A program made the translations under genes and the position numbers. From NCBI RefSeq assembly GCF_016278385.1, contig NZ_JADQBY010000003.1, positions 641 through 64,640 on the forward strand: 64,000 bases of DNA. The letters run 5' to 3'. This DNA comes from Methanolobus sp. Its GTDB lineage: Archaea > Halobacteriota > Methanosarcinia > Methanosarcinales > Methanosarcinaceae. The notes under the pieces are model-generated. The model was not told the DNA's origin. It saw only the letters and a program-made list of their open reading frames with translations, and made no database searches. Positions within the stretch are counted from its first letter, which is position 1. Every line of letters starts with the position of its first letter. This document shows positions 47,885 to 59,502 of the stretch, one piece after another.

Positions 47885-48414
47885 ACTGCCCCCAATTCAC
47901 TTTTAATAGGTTCGATGACCAGAAGGTCTTTCTTTTTGGCAATCTCTTTTAGAAGCTCAATAGCTGATGCAAGGTGTTCCTTGCTTACTGCATCTATTTT
48001 TAAGGATGCAGAAGATGGTTTTTTTATCTTTGGCATAGAAAGGTTAAGATCAACAACCTCTGCGTATCCGGTATTGTCAATTGTATCAATGGTGTCCTGG
48101 ATATCAGTATGAACTATATGTCCGATAAGAATTACTGCACCGTGCTCAAAGTATCTCTTTTCATCAATACGTGCAATACCTATATCGCTATCTTCAAGAC
48201 TGGAAATGATACTGTTAAGATTGTCCGGTTTTGTCTCAAAAACGACATTAACCGGGATAGTACCGCGGGGAGTTCTTTTTTCATGATGATGAACCACCGA
48301 TATCAAATTACCTTTGAATTCGGATACCGGCCTTAAAGCAAGAAGTAACTGCCCGGGGATATCTTTTAACTCAATGTCCATAGAAACTCGCATGTATACC
48401 CTCGTAAATGTCAT
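47881..48414 (-). CDS. ACT-domain protein (homoserine dehydrogenase regulator-like)
   Basis: LKDIPGQLL ACT motif; overlaps hom. Confidence 0.8.
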   Translation of the reverse strand: MTFTRVYMRVSMDIELKDIPGQLLLALRPVSEFKGNLISVVHHHEKRTPRGTIPVNVVFETKPDNLNSIISSLEDSDIGIARIDEKRYFEHGAVILIGHIVHTDIQDTIDTIDNTGYAEVVDLNLSMPKIKKPSSASLKIDAVSKEHLASAIELLKEIAKKKDLLVIEPIKSELGAV

Positions 48415-48818
48415 AAATATAGCAAATAGAACTATTTCTGAATGCTTAAACCCATATACATTAAATGTAGATATATTCTACGTACAAACTTTTTGCTTGT
48501 TTGCTACAAATTTGTTCACATTCGGTTGCAAATCATTACTAGATACACTTAAATAGTACTTAAATTGATACATTTGTCAATAATTGTAAATGATAGACGG
48601 AATATTAGTTCAGTGCTGTAAGAGCAAAGCATACAATACTAATTAACAATCTCTAAAAATATAGCAGAGAGTGGGCTCTATAGAAATCCTCACTGTTCGG
48701 ACAACAATTTGATTTCAAAATGTCATCTAATGTGTTGCACGATATTGTATTACAATCTCAACTCCAGTTTATGAATGTTGATTTTGATAGATTTCTACAG
48801 AGCCATTTTGTGTGTATA

Positions 48819-49052
48819 TTATATTTTGGCGCGACGTGCAAAGGCATTTGTTAGTGCTGTATACATATATATTGCAACTCCAGCCCATATAAGGATTGAT
48901 GCAACCTGATTTTGTCCAAGAAACATTAGCATCAATCCTATACCGAGTATGAATATATTTATTCTATTGATCTTCCTGTTTCTAACAAGAATACTGCGAG
49001 ACTTATGTTTTCTGATTATTCTTTCCTTTTTCTCTAGTTTCAAGATGTTCAC
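48819..49052 (-). CDS. Small 2-TM membrane protein
   Basis: Basic N-terminus plus two hydrophobic segments. Confidence 0.5.
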   Translation of the reverse strand: MNILKLEKKERIIRKHKSRSILVRNRKINRINIFILGIGLMLMFLGQNQVASILIWAGVAIYMYTALTNAFARRAKI

Positions 49053-49080
49053 CTTATTTTCATATCATTTTACTACTTGT

Positions 49081-49566
49081 TCATGTTAGCACCCTATCAA
49101 GGCATCCCATGTCCCGTGCCTTTTTAATCTCATTTGCTATCCTTCGACCTGTGGATAATTCAGGCTGGATGAACTCAGAGTATGGTGAACCATTAATGTA
49201 CGGATTTGTCCCTGCAACTATTCTGGTATCTACTCCTTCTATTCCTGGAGTACCATTCTTTTTCATGAATGTGTCAAGATCCATCTGTGATCTCCAGTTA
49301 CTAGGAGTTCTACAGAGTTCTTTCACCACAAAGCCACTTGCTTTTATACTGTCTGACTCATAGTCTTCATTACAAACCCCGTAATTTCCGACCAATGGAT
49401 AGGTCGACATGAGTATCTGTCCTGTATAGGAAGGATCGGTAAGTGATTCCACATAACCCGTCATTGCTGTATTAAATACTAACTCCCCATATGTTTCACC
49501 TACTGCTCCGAAACCTTTCCCAAATATTGTAGTACCGTCTTCGAGTACTAATATTGCTTTTTTCAT
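49081..49566 (-). pseudogene. In-frame chimera of the carA N-terminal domain and the purP C-terminus
   Basis: LVLEDGT...GELVFNT..GY.E.LTDPSY.GQ...GVDTR (CarA), then IVAGTN...GSPYS...GRRIA.EIK (PurP). Confidence 0.8.
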
Positions 49567-49568
49567 GA

Positions 49569-51149
49569 TTATCCCAGTGATTTTCGAATTTTTCCCATTT
49601 TGAAAAATGTTGACTGTATGAGCTGTAATAAATCCTTATCCATATCAATGGAACTACTATTTGCCAATAAGACTCCCGCCGGCACCATCTCAAGCAGAAT
49701 TTCATAGGATGGGTCACATTCATTGTCCAGATCAAATATCTCTCTTAGAATATCGACATCTTGTGAAACACAGTTCATGAAATCTTTTGATAGGAATTTA
49801 GATGCTGCACTCATGTTTAAGTAATCAAAAGCAAATTTAAAATCAGATTGCAGGGTAGGGAAATACTTTGTAAGCAATCGCTCACAAACATTTTCACCCA
49901 TTTTATCCCTTACATCTGCTATAGCACATCCTGTTCCGATGATCTCAGGAGGCAAGCCTATTGAATAAAATGCGCCTGTAAACTTTATTGCCCTTGGTAG
50001 ATTCAGATTTCTTACTGGCATGCTAGATTCTAGTTCTTGCTTTATATCACTGCGACAAAAACCAGATATCTGTGTTACATCGGGTGCATCTCTCGAGTAT
50101 CCAGTTTTTCCACCACGTGTAAGACGATCACGCTGCTGAGGCAGAAAATCAGATATACTGTTTACAACTGGTGATATACTTTGTATTGCTCTGTTGTACC
50201 GAGCACCGAATATTGCTATGATGTTGATGAGCTCTTCTTTTTCATCATCAGAGAATTCATCAGGAGATCTTGACAGTTTGTTTTTAGCATGTTTTACAAA
50301 ATTCTCTGCGTCTCCTTTCTTGTGGTCGTATCTTATTCCGGACTGAAGTGTTATAGTATCTATCCCTCGGTATTCTTCGAAAAAACTATCAGCATTTTTG
50401 AGGGTCACGTGTCCTCTAAAAGGAAGAGCACCACCTCCAAATATGATTCCTATTTTTGTATCAATGCCAGCTTCTAATTCATGAAGACTGCTTATGGCAT
50501 ATTTACACGAGAGAGTACTCGCGACATGACCAAATGTCAATGCAGAATCGGATTTTCCAATAAATATTCTGTATCTTTCAAACGTATCATTTAGCTGATT
50601 TTGGCAGCCAAGGATAGTATTGGAAATTATATTTTTTGCATTCAGGAGACCAGGCACATCTTCAATTAAAGGTATTATTCGTGGAGGTTCCATTTCGAAA
50701 TTGAACTCTTTTTTGGCCAATTTACTCACATCTATCATGTGTTGCTGCGCCTCTACGATTTCTTCAAAGGTACTTGTCATGGGATGTACCAATTCTGAGA
50801 TTGCCTGAAAATCTGAATATTCATAGGCGTTGTAGTTGGCTTCAGCAACAGACATCATAACCATAAGTTGTCTGAATCTGTTTTCGTGAGCTGCACTTGG
50901 TGCTCTTGGAGTGATGAATACATCTTTACCAGGAATAAGTCCGGTTTCTTCGATAATCTTTGATACGATCTGGACATTTTGATGATAAGGTGTGGTCTTC
51001 CCTTCATAATCAGGCATGTATTCATCGCAGTCATATTTTGTGATCGCTTCAATGGCTTCTATAATCTCTTCCTGAGTAGAGATGTACTTTGACACTGAAT
51101 CTGGGTGCTGTGTACACATCACGTTTGGAAATTTGATATTTGATGTCAT
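49569..51149 (-). CDS. ppcA: Archaeal-type phosphoenolpyruvate carboxylase
   Basis: [44 protein letters not shown]. Confidence 0.92.
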   Translation of the reverse strand: MTSNIKFPNVMCTQHPDSVSKYISTQEEIIEAIEAITKYDCDEYMPDYEGKTTPYHQNVQIVSKIIEETGLIPGKDVFITPRAPSAAHENRFRQLMVMMSVAEANYNAYEYSDFQAISELVHPMTSTFEEIVEAQQHMIDVSKLAKKEFNFEMEPPRIIPLIEDVPGLLNAKNIISNTILGCQNQLNDTFERYRIFIGKSDSALTFGHVASTLSCKYAISSLHELEAGIDTKIGIIFGGGALPFRGHVTLKNADSFFEEYRGIDTITLQSGIRYDHKKGDAENFVKHAKNKLSRSPDEFSDDEKEELINIIAIFGARYNRAIQSISPVVNSISDFLPQQRDRLTRGGKTGYSRDAPDVTQISGFCRSDIKQELESSMPVRNLNLPRAIKFTGAFYSIGLPPEIIGTGCAIADVRDKMGENVCERLLTKYFPTLQSDFKFAFDYLNMSAASKFLSKDFMNCVSQDVDILREIFDLDNECDPSYEILLEMVPAGVLLANSSSIDMDKDLLQLIQSTFFKMGKIRKSLG

Positions 51150-51313
51150 ATTTGAGTCACGCTTGATATGACTAATTATGATAACTTATTTAAAGTTATT
51201 GTAACATATGAGTTTTTAAGATAATTTATTATAAATGAGGACAACCATATGTTTAAATATATTATCATATATTTGCATATGTTCTCATATTATTAAATGA
51301 AAAAGGTGAACCA

Positions 51314-51793
51314 ATGACTGATGTAATAGTAATACTCGGAAGCAAATCAGATAGAGATGTAGCAAAAAAAACGATTGATATTTTCAATCAATTCGATGTT
51401 GAATATGAAATTACAGTCGCATCAGCACATAGAACACCCAGTAGAGTAATTGAGATAATCCAAGAAGCTCATAAAAATGATGTAAAAGTCTTCATAGCTG
51501 TCGCAGGGCTCGCAGCACATCTTCCTGGTGTTGTGGCGGCACACACGATAAAACCAGTTATTGGAGTTCCTGTAAATGCTGAACTTGACGGAAATGATTC
51601 TCTGCTCTCTATTGTTCAGATGCCTCCAGGTATTCCAGTTGCATGTGTGGGGATTGGAAGAGGAGATAACGCAGGAATTCTAGCCGTTCAAATAATGGCA
51701 ACTAATAACAAAGAATTGGAGACAAAATTGACAGATTATAGAAGAGAACTTGCCGAAAAAGTAGAAAGGGATGCTCTAAGCTTATTTGAATAA
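51314..51793 (+). CDS. purE: PurE (AIR carboxylase / N5-CAIR mutase)
   Basis: [32 protein letters not shown]. Confidence 0.95.
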   Translation: MTDVIVILGSKSDRDVAKKTIDIFNQFDVEYEITVASAHRTPSRVIEIIQEAHKNDVKVFIAVAGLAAHLPGVVAAHTIKPVIGVPVNAELDGNDSLLSIVQMPPGIPVACVGIGRGDNAGILAVQIMATNNKELETKLTDYRRELAEKVERDALSLFE

Positions 51794-51899
51794 ATTCAAG
51801 TAAAGTTTTAGTGAAATATTATCTGCATAAACTTGAGCAGTAAATTCATTCCATGCTTCAATGCAACATTGAAGCATTTCTATTCATAGATACCAGCGT

Positions 51900-52179
51900 C
51901 TTCTAAGAAAGAAATCTGGGTGTGCAGGGTGATGCGAGAGATAGTAAAATACTAAAGAAAGTAAACACCACTAATGCTAAATATATAGTCAGTACTACAG
52001 ATCAAGACAACACAAAAATACTTGTCTGTCAGATAAAAAAACTAAGTTAGGATTCTAAAAAGAACAAATCGTTGCCAAAGTCAACAATATAGAAAAATAT
52101 TATGCATTCTGGGATCTTGAGATTCGTGCTATGAATCCTGCAATGAGTTCAGCTGTTATTCTTGTCAATATGACAGGAA
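51900..52179 (+). pseudogene. TrkA-N (RCK) domain remnant
   Basis: Frameshifted fragments GDARD, TTDQDNTKILVCQI, VAKVNN, MNPAMSSAVILVN. Confidence 0.55.
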
Positions 52180-52915
52180 GGCGTTGGTAAGTAAACACTG
52201 TTACATGAAATGAGGACTTATAGTTCTGCATGAATTGCCCCCGGTGTAAAAGTTCCCATCATAAAAAGAACGGAAAAATAAGTGAACACCAACGCTATAA
52301 ATGCCATGATTGCGGATATAGCTATTCGGCAGGGGGATAAAATCAACTGCTAGTCCCTTATCTGTTAAACGACGGGCTTTACAGCTTTGTCTTGAAGAAT
52401 TGGGATTTCGTTCAATCGGACGTTTTTTAGAAGTAAGTCATGTTTCTGTTCAAAAATGGATAAAGACATTTGGCTAGGAATTAGAGGATTTGAAAAGCGA
52501 AAATGAGATCATGATCGTTGAATTAGAGGAGATGCACACTTACATCGGGAACACAAAAAATATTGCTGAATCTGGATTTCTGTTGATAGAGTTGGAAAAA
52601 AGTTCATAGACTGTTCTTTTGGTAGTAGGGGGACAGAAACAGGACAAAAACTCTGGAACAAATTGAAGGAGATTGGGGAAGTGATAACTGACCACTGGAG
52701 GGCATATGCAGAGTTTCTCCCAAGCAGTATTCATACTCGATCCAAAGCTGAAACATATACCATTGAAGGATACAACAGCATACTTAGGCATTTTCTGCCA
52801 AGATTAAGGAGAAAGTCAAAATGTTATACATAGAGTCTTGAAATCTTGAAGTACTCTGTTCTTCTTTTGATGAAATACAGAAATAAAGATAGGACTATGT
52901 TTAGTTAACAATGCC
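52180..52915 (+). mobile_element. Degenerate IS1-family element
   Basis: Imperfect terminal IRs GGCGTTGGTAAGTAAACA / TGTTTAGTTAACAATGCC; InsA-like MNCPRCKS...QRYKCHDCG; InsB-like EMHTYIG, TDHWRAY, IEGYNSILRH with stops. Confidence 0.85.
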
Positions 52916-52969
52916 CAATATTTTTCTGTTCCATTTCTAGTTATTATTCCCCAATATTATACTGTAGCT

Positions 52970-55024
52970 TTAGCGATTAAGGAAAAGATTGTGATTAGTT
53001 TTATCATCAAATCTTTCTTCAGATGCTGGATAAGTTATTATAAGGTTGCTTTTGAACAATGTAGTAATACGCTTTGGTAGTACCTGCAATACCGAATGCC
53101 ACCCTGGAGTATCTCGGTGAGTACTTGCAATTATTATTAGATCATTTTGACATTCGCCTCTTGCATTCAGAGAGTCTATGAGCATATCCCATCCTTCTAT
53201 ACCTTCAAACACTATAGAAATATCAGATCCTGAACTATCGAAAAATTCCTTATATTTCATAGGATCATCATCGACCACCATAGCTTTTACAGGTGCTGAT
53301 GTATGTTCAGCGATCCTTTTTATGGAATCCACTACGGAACAAAAACCTGGATTGTGATCCATACCTTGAGGGATTATAAGAGTGATTCCCTGCGTATTGC
53401 ACAAAGGAGTCCTAATCATTGAAACGAGCACAAGTTTCTTAGTTTTCCTTATTACCTGATCAATGACCGGACCAATAATACTTTCTTTTAGAGAATGAAC
53501 ACCATTCCAGCCTATTACGATGGTTGAGATCCTGTTCTCAAGTACTGCTCCCATTATACCTGAAGCTACATTGTAGCGAAGTCGCACATGAGTTTTTACG
53601 GGAACTTCAGCGCATGCTGCATAATTAATGGTCTCAAAAAGCATTTTCTCAGCTTCTGCAACCTTTTTTTCAGAGTTATCGGAATCTTGTTTTACAACAG
53701 AAAGTACATGCAGTGGTTCACTGGATTTTTTCTCCCGAATCATCAGGGCCAGATCCATTAAAAGTTGCTTGTACGTAGATTGCGCCGAAAAAGAAACCAG
53801 TATACGAGAGTCTGATTCCAGAGTATTGCATGTGACACTATTATCTGCAAGGGAAACTCTTTTACCATATATTTCAACAATCTGAGGACTTATTACCCCG
53901 ACAATAAGTATCATCATTATTACGGCGTTTATCATGCTCTCATTGAAAAGACCCGCTTCAAAACCAACGAGCACAATTGCAAGTGCTGCTGCAGCATGCC
54001 CTATAGACAAGCCGAACATGGTCATTATTTGGTCCTTACTATAATGGTACATTTTTCCTGCAAGCCATGCAGCTCCAAACTTGGCACTGATCATAACGCC
54101 TATCATCAAGAATCCCAAGGTGAGCTGATTTCCTCCTCCAAAAAAAGAATGAACATTTGTAAGCATTCCCACTGAAAGAAGGAAGAAAGGTATGAACAGT
54201 ACGTTTCCGGCAAACTCTATTCTGTTCATGAGGGGACTGGTATTTGGAATTAGACGGTTAAGCAAAAGACCGGCAAGAAAAGATCCAATAATAGGTTCGA
54301 TTCCAGCAATTTCTGCAAGATATGCAAGTATAAATGCTATAGCCAACACAAAAAGAAATTCAAAATAACTCTCATCTGTAAGTTTACTGAAAAACCATCG
54401 TGCAATGCGTGGTACAATGAACAACGAACCTACAAAGAAAACAACCAAACCGAAAAGCAACTTGATCCAGAAGAGCATATCAAGGCTTCCCTCTAGGGAA
54501 GAGACCACAACAGCCAGGATCATCAGGGTCAGTGTATCAGTAAGTAAAGTAGCCCCAATTGCAGCAGTAATGCCTTCATTGTTGACGATACCCAGCTTCT
54601 TGATAACAGGATATGCAAGCAAGGTTTGTGAAGCAAACACGGAAGCAAAAAGGAGGGCTTCAGTGAAAGACAGACCCAATACATAATATCCTGCAGCGGT
54701 CCCTGCAACCTGTGGAATTAAAAATGATAATATGCCAAAGACCAAGCTCCGATCTATCTTCTCAATGAACTTGTTAATATTAATCTCAAGTCCTGCTATG
54801 AACATCAGGTAGACAAGACCAATTTCACCAAGAAGCACAATGGTCTCATCTCTCTCCAGTATATGCAAAGCATTGGGACCGATTAATGCACCAGCAAGAA
54901 TAACACCGATCATCCCCGGTAATCTTAATGATTTGAATAGAAGAGGTGCTATAAGGAAAACAAGCATCGACAACGCAAAGATCAATACAGGCTCATGTAT
55001 GGGGATTGATGGGAACATGTTCAT
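52970..55024 (-). CDS. CPA2 cation:proton antiporter with a C-terminal USP-like domain
   Basis: GALIGP, LMFIAGLE, ATLLTD, FIPFFLLSVG; hydrophilic C-terminus. Confidence 0.88.
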   Translation of the reverse strand: MNMFPSIPIHEPVLIFALSMLVFLIAPLLFKSLRLPGMIGVILAGALIGPNALHILERDETIVLLGEIGLVYLMFIAGLEININKFIEKIDRSLVFGILSFLIPQVAGTAAGYYVLGLSFTEALLFASVFASQTLLAYPVIKKLGIVNNEGITAAIGATLLTDTLTLMILAVVVSSLEGSLDMLFWIKLLFGLVVFFVGSLFIVPRIARWFFSKLTDESYFEFLFVLAIAFILAYLAEIAGIEPIIGSFLAGLLLNRLIPNTSPLMNRIEFAGNVLFIPFFLLSVGMLTNVHSFFGGGNQLTLGFLMIGVMISAKFGAAWLAGKMYHYSKDQIMTMFGLSIGHAAAALAIVLVGFEAGLFNESMINAVIMMILIVGVISPQIVEIYGKRVSLADNSVTCNTLESDSRILVSFSAQSTYKQLLMDLALMIREKKSSEPLHVLSVVKQDSDNSEKKVAEAEKMLFETINYAACAEVPVKTHVRLRYNVASGIMGAVLENRISTIVIGWNGVHSLKESIIGPVIDQVIRKTKKLVLVSMIRTPLCNTQGITLIIPQGMDHNPGFCSVVDSIKRIAEHTSAPVKAMVVDDDPMKYKEFFDSSGSDISIVFEGIEGWDMLIDSLNARGECQNDLIIIASTHRDTPGWHSVLQVLPKRITTLFKSNLIITYPASEERFDDKTNHNLFLNR

Positions 55025-55057
55025 TCTCTATAATTAATAATCAACGCATATTTGCGA

Positions 55058-55345
55058 TTACAAATATGTATCTTCCATTTTCTGCAATACTTTCTTCCCG
55101 AGACCTGTTAAAATATATTTTTTCCATGTCGACTTATCGGGGGTTAAACACATAATTAAATTATTAGATTCCAGTTCTCTCAAAGCACGGCTGATATTTT
55201 GAGTTGACCTGTTCGTTTCACGAGCAATATCTGAAGCTGTGATAACATTATGGCTTCGCATAGATTTCATAAGAATAAGGCGTCTATCAACAGTTATGAC
55301 CCATATAAGCAGCTCATCAATTGAATTCTCGTTCTGATCTTCCAT
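55058..55345 (-). CDS. wHTH transcriptional regulator (ArsR/MarR-like)
   Basis: TASDIARETNRSTQNISRALRELE...YILTGLG. Confidence 0.85.
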   Translation of the reverse strand: MEDQNENSIDELLIWVITVDRRLILMKSMRSHNVITASDIARETNRSTQNISRALRELESNNLIMCLTPDKSTWKKYILTGLGKKVLQKMEDTYL

Positions 55346-55375
55346 TGTGATACCTTCAAATGTGAGTTTCCAATA

Positions 55376-56143
55376 TCATATATTAGTCTTTTGGATTTTG
55401 TTAAAAATTTCCCTATATGCAAGGCTCAAATCACCAGTACTCTTTCTGAACACATCTTTATCGAGGCTTTTTATAACTCCTTTTTCAAATTCTTCCATTT
55501 TCCAGAAGCGACATCCATCTGGAGTTCCCACTTCATCTGCAAGAATTATTTCGCCACTAGAAGTCCGTCCATACTCCACTTTAAAGTCTGCTAATATTAT
55601 GTTACTATTAGCCAGTTCCTGGCCCAATATTTCATTTATCTTTTTTGTTATGTTAGTTATAGTTTCTATTTCTTCTTTGTTTAGCCAGCCATTGGATATT
55701 ATTTCATCTATATTAATAGGCCTGTCCACAGCTTCAAATTTTGTCGTGAATTCAATCATTCCATCAGGTATTGCGGAACCTTCGATTGGTTCGGCACCTT
55801 CTGGAAGCACTGTGTCTCCTACTTCATAGCGCCGTAAGAGGGATCCTGCCACGTAATTCCTCCAAATTACTTCTACAGGTATTATGTCCAAGCGTTTAAC
55901 AATCATACTTGTTGATGTTGGACATTCAATGTAATGCGTAGGTATGCCATTATGATCTAATACCTTAAACCAATATTCTGCCAACTTACAAGTAATTTCA
56001 CCTTTTTCTTGATACTCTGATTTCTTTTTACCGTCAAAGGCAGTTACCCTATCAGTAAACTCAAAAAGAAGGGTGTCTATTGAACATTCATAAACATCCT
56101 TAGCTTTTCCAGAAAAAATATATGTTGACTTTTTTTGCTGCAT
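55376..56143 (-). CDS. purC: SAICAR synthetase
   Basis: GKAKDVY, TDRVTAFD, IPVEVIWRN, DFKVEYG, LADE..TPD..RFW, LDK..FR. Confidence 0.95.
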   Translation of the reverse strand: MQQKKSTYIFSGKAKDVYECSIDTLLFEFTDRVTAFDGKKKSEYQEKGEITCKLAEYWFKVLDHNGIPTHYIECPTSTSMIVKRLDIIPVEVIWRNYVAGSLLRRYEVGDTVLPEGAEPIEGSAIPDGMIEFTTKFEAVDRPINIDEIISNGWLNKEEIETITNITKKINEILGQELANSNIILADFKVEYGRTSSGEIILADEVGTPDGCRFWKMEEFEKGVIKSLDKDVFRKSTGDLSLAYREIFNKIQKTNI

Positions 56144-56512
56144 ATATTATTAAATCAGACTCATAACTTAAATATCTTATCATATTTTCTCATATACTTG
56201 AACAGAAGGCATTTTCATAATTATTTATAGATTACTACAATGTTTCTGTAAGCACACGTACTTTTTCCTTATGCACATATAAATTATTAATCCAGATATC
56301 AGACAAAAGTGAACTACTTCAAAAAGCTTCTTGAACCTTTTTCCAACACATTAGAAAGCATACAATATCCAGGAATCCCCTTGAAAACAACATTATGCCC
56401 TCATACCTACTTGCTATTTTTCTAAATCCCATCTTCAATCATGCAAAGAAATGTCCCATGTCACTCTTTTACGATATGACCCATACTCGAATCTTGTGGA
56501 TCTTCCTCTTTT

Positions 56513-57304
56513 TTATGTTTCTGATTCCGAATCTTCAAGAATGATCACATTACCCCGGCCTTTCTTAAATTTCCGGACAATACCACGACTCTCAAGATCC
56601 GACACCATAAGACTGACCTTTGCTTCGGAATGCTTTACTTTTGTACGCAGATCTTTCTGAGTAATCCGGCCATCACTTTTCACAATGATATTTATGACCT
56701 GCCGAAGATCATCAGGTAAATCCTGCCATTTATCATCAGGCAATATTAATCCTAACTCACCTTCATCGATATATTCGTCCTCATTTACCAGGACTGATTT
56801 CGCACTGCGCTGTTTTACAAAATAATATCCACCTGCAATAAAGCCTATAAGAAGTATGAAAACAAACACAATCACATAAGGTGAAATTGTCCCCTGGTCA
56901 TCATCTGAAAAACTGGCGATCACATCAAGCTCTGAAAACTCACTTTCATTAAATGAAGCATCATAGTAGATAGGAAGCAGTATCATATCCATAACATAAT
57001 CGCCATCATCTGTGATGGTAATCTGTTCTTCAGTATATGAAACCAGATTGGTACCGCTATAATAACTGGCTGATAGTGTGTAATTCCCAGGTGTCAGATT
57101 AAATGAATAGATACCATAGTTGGCAAGCATCGATTGGGGAGGAGTGGAATTTATCTCAACGATAGCATGCTCCAGTGGATCAAAAGAGTCCCACTCGTAC
57201 ACTGCACCATGAATAGTTGCTGTTTCAGCAGCACTTGAAAACTGTACACCTATAAATAGCAGGATGCAGATAATACTGAAGAGAGTTCTTTTTTTCATTA
57301 GCAC
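56513..57304 (-). CDS. Membrane-anchored wHTH regulator (signal peptide, extracellular beta domain, TM, cytoplasmic wHTH)
   Basis: LPDDLRQVINII..SDGRITQKDLR...SEAKVSLMVSDLESRG..KKGRGN. Confidence 0.85.
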   Translation of the reverse strand: MLMKKRTLFSIICILLFIGVQFSSAAETATIHGAVYEWDSFDPLEHAIVEINSTPPQSMLANYGIYSFNLTPGNYTLSASYYSGTNLVSYTEEQITITDDGDYVMDMILLPIYYDASFNESEFSELDVIASFSDDDQGTISPYVIVFVFILLIGFIAGGYYFVKQRSAKSVLVNEDEYIDEGELGLILPDDKWQDLPDDLRQVINIIVKSDGRITQKDLRTKVKHSEAKVSLMVSDLESRGIVRKFKKGRGNVIILEDSESET

Positions 57305-57368
57305 AGGATGTATATTTAGTTAGTACACCCATATAAAATTTACTTAAAAGTGAAAACTGAGAGCAAAT

Positions 57369-57393
57369 TAAGTGTTATCAAGCAATTAAAGCA
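57369..57393 (+). promoter_or_regulatory. Conserved upstream motif, copy 1 (TTATCAAGYAA core)
   Basis: TAAGTGTTATCAAGCAATTAAAGCA. Confidence 0.65.
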
Positions 57394-57587
57394 CATATAA
57401 GGCTTAAATAGTGACATGAGCAGCAAAATTTAAGAGTCCATGCGATAACGTTATATGCACAAGCTGCATATATGTAAATGCATGTTTGACTAAAAAACGA
57501 CAGGTTTTATGATTTATATTGAGACATCCTATAAATAATTAGAACCAATGACCGCCTGCACCCTTAAAAACAAAATAGTGGAGATGA

Positions 57588-57995
57588 ATGTTAGTGTTAA
57601 AACGAAAATATATCGTTGTGCTGGCTGTTCTGATTCTTGGACTCGTAGTATCAGGATGTGCTGATAATACAAACCAGGAAATTGTGACAGACCAGGAAAT
57701 TGCGACAGACCAGGAAATTGTGACAGCATCCGAAGAACCAGTTGTGATACAGGAACTAGAAGACGATACAACCGTTACTGAGGATTCCCTTAACAATGAA
57801 ACAGTGGGGGTTACTAACCCAGATAACCAATACATTGAAGATATCAATGAAGTGGAAGAAATAGAGAATGAGATCAACAGTGAAGACGAGCTGATCGATC
57901 AAACAGACATTGATGATGAGCTGAATGATGAATCAAGCAGTGAAGATGAACTGACAAATGAATCGGACAGTGAAGAGGTTGAACTCTTATATTAA
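57588..57995 (+). CDS. Acidic lipoprotein, paralog 1
   Basis: KRKY..LGLVVSGC lipobox; D/E-rich. Confidence 0.75.
   Translation: MLVLKRKYIVVLAVLILGLVVSGCADNTNQEIVTDQEIATDQEIVTASEEPVVIQELEDDTTVTEDSLNNETVGVTNPDNQYIEDINEVEEIENEINSEDELIDQTDIDDELNDESSSEDELTNESDSEEVELLY
57673..57726 (+). repeat. 3 x 18-bp in-frame tandem repeat
   Basis: ACCAGGAAATTG(T/C)GACAG three times, encoding (D/N)QEI(V/A)T. Confidence 0.9.
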
Positions 57996-58203
57996 AGAGA
58001 TATGAATGGTTGTCATTCATATTTTTTTCTTTTTTCTAGATTTTTGTGCACCCACAAAGATATATGGAAATTATATAATATACACTCATCGTTTATTTAG
58101 TGGAACGTTAAATGTTTGATTAACTATGTGATACTCATTGTTAATTATTAATTAAAAAATGCCACAGCAATAAATAGCTTATAGGGAAAAATAAACGATG
58201 ATA

Positions 58204-58227
58204 AAAGGTTATCAAGTAATTAAAGCA
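58204..58227 (+). promoter_or_regulatory. Conserved upstream motif, copy 2
   Basis: AAAGGTTATCAAGTAATTAAAGCA. Confidence 0.65.
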
Positions 58228-58339
58228 ACAATAATGTCTGAATTCCATAAAAGGTTGCTTCATATTTAAATAAAATAAAGTATATATATATACTCCCTGA
58301 CAATCGCATAATTGCAGGTGCAATTGCCATAAAATCAAA

Positions 58340-58950
58340 CTTAATAATCATGTTCTTGTTGAGCAGGCGAATACCAGAAACAGGCTGAGAATTCATGCAC
58401 CAACGGCAATGAAAATGGTGAGACATTCAGATACATAAAACGGTCAGGACAGAGTATCAGACAGACTAATACCATACTTGAAGAAATGTTCAGGGAGCTA
58501 AAGTAGTACCGTGAAGGACTTGTAACCCTTGACGGACAAGGAACATTTACAGCTAAAGGAGATGGAATTGCAGTCGTCTCCGGAGAATTCACTATGAGCT
58601 TTACTGCAAGTAATGCAACACTTGTGATCAAGGATATGGAAGGAGATGCACAAGTAAACACTGAAGGTGCAAAATACGAATGTTCAAATGCAAAGACAGG
58701 AAACAGTGACGTGGATAACCGTGCATTCGTCTACCACAATCTTACAGGAGATGTCACTATTGAAGGAAAACGCCTTCTGTTACACTGCATGGAACGGATA
58801 TATCCCTTGATCTCGATAGAACAGGTAATGTAGTGCTTAACGGTGATGGAACCTACGAAGTAAACTATGAGGAAAACACATGGCAGCACCTGATGTAGAC
58901 GACAATGAGATAGAAGAAGTTGTCTCTGAAAATGAGACTAAAATTTAATT
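58340..58950 (+). pseudogene. Truncated, frameshifted paralog of 61194..62705
   Basis: ELK*YREGLVTLDGQG...NRAFVYHNLTGDVTIEG aligns with ELKEQREG...NRAFVYHNITGDVTIEG. Confidence 0.8.
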
Positions 58951-59015
58951 GAAATATTATATTAACATATAACATCACTGTAACTACACCAAAAAATATG
59001 AGGAGATGAATATTA

Positions 59016-59303
59016 GTGTTTAAACGAAAATACCTAGTAGTACTGGGAATCCTTGTCCTTGGGCTTGTAGTGTCAGGATGTACTGACAACGCACCTCAGG
59101 AAACTGAAGCTATACCAGAGGATTTAGCCGTAGTACAGGAATTAGAAGACGATAATACATCCATTGCAGATGAAACACTTAGCGATGAAATGGTTGGAAT
59201 CACGGATACAGAGATCCAGGATATTGAAGAAGAAGTAAGTGAACTTGAAGAGTTTATCAATGACACGGACAGTGAAGACGAAATTGTTGTTGAAGAAATA
59301 TGA
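59016..59303 (+). CDS. Acidic lipoprotein, paralog 2
   Basis: LGLVVSGC lipobox; EMVGITDTEIQD...IVVEEI. Confidence 0.8.
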   Translation: MFKRKYLVVLGILVLGLVVSGCTDNAPQETEAIPEDLAVVQELEDDNTSIADETLSDEMVGITDTEIQDIEEEVSELEEFINDTDSEDEIVVEEI

Positions 59304-59502
59304 ATGACCTTCTTTCATATTTTTTACTTCCTTTTTGTATTTTCGGATTTTGTTAACACTTATGTATTTTGACATCTTTGTGCTTTTTTACTCTTTTTAG
59401 TGGTTTGAAATTTAGCAGAATAAATCAATTAATCAATCAATAGAGATTTCTACAAAATAATACCGGAATAAAATATTAGTACACAGTGAGCAATCAATAT
59501 AT

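Noticed and set aside
52540..52791. 83-aa minus-strand ORF
   Set aside because: Antisense to the IS1 insB remnant
57673..57726. Possible CRISPR array
   Set aside because: Contiguous 18-bp coding repeats with no spacers; no cas genes in the window
58504..58506. In-frame TAG as a pyrrolysine codon
   Set aside because: It aligns with GAG (Glu) in the paralog, and the ORF also has frameshifts and a missing 5' part, so it is a pseudogene
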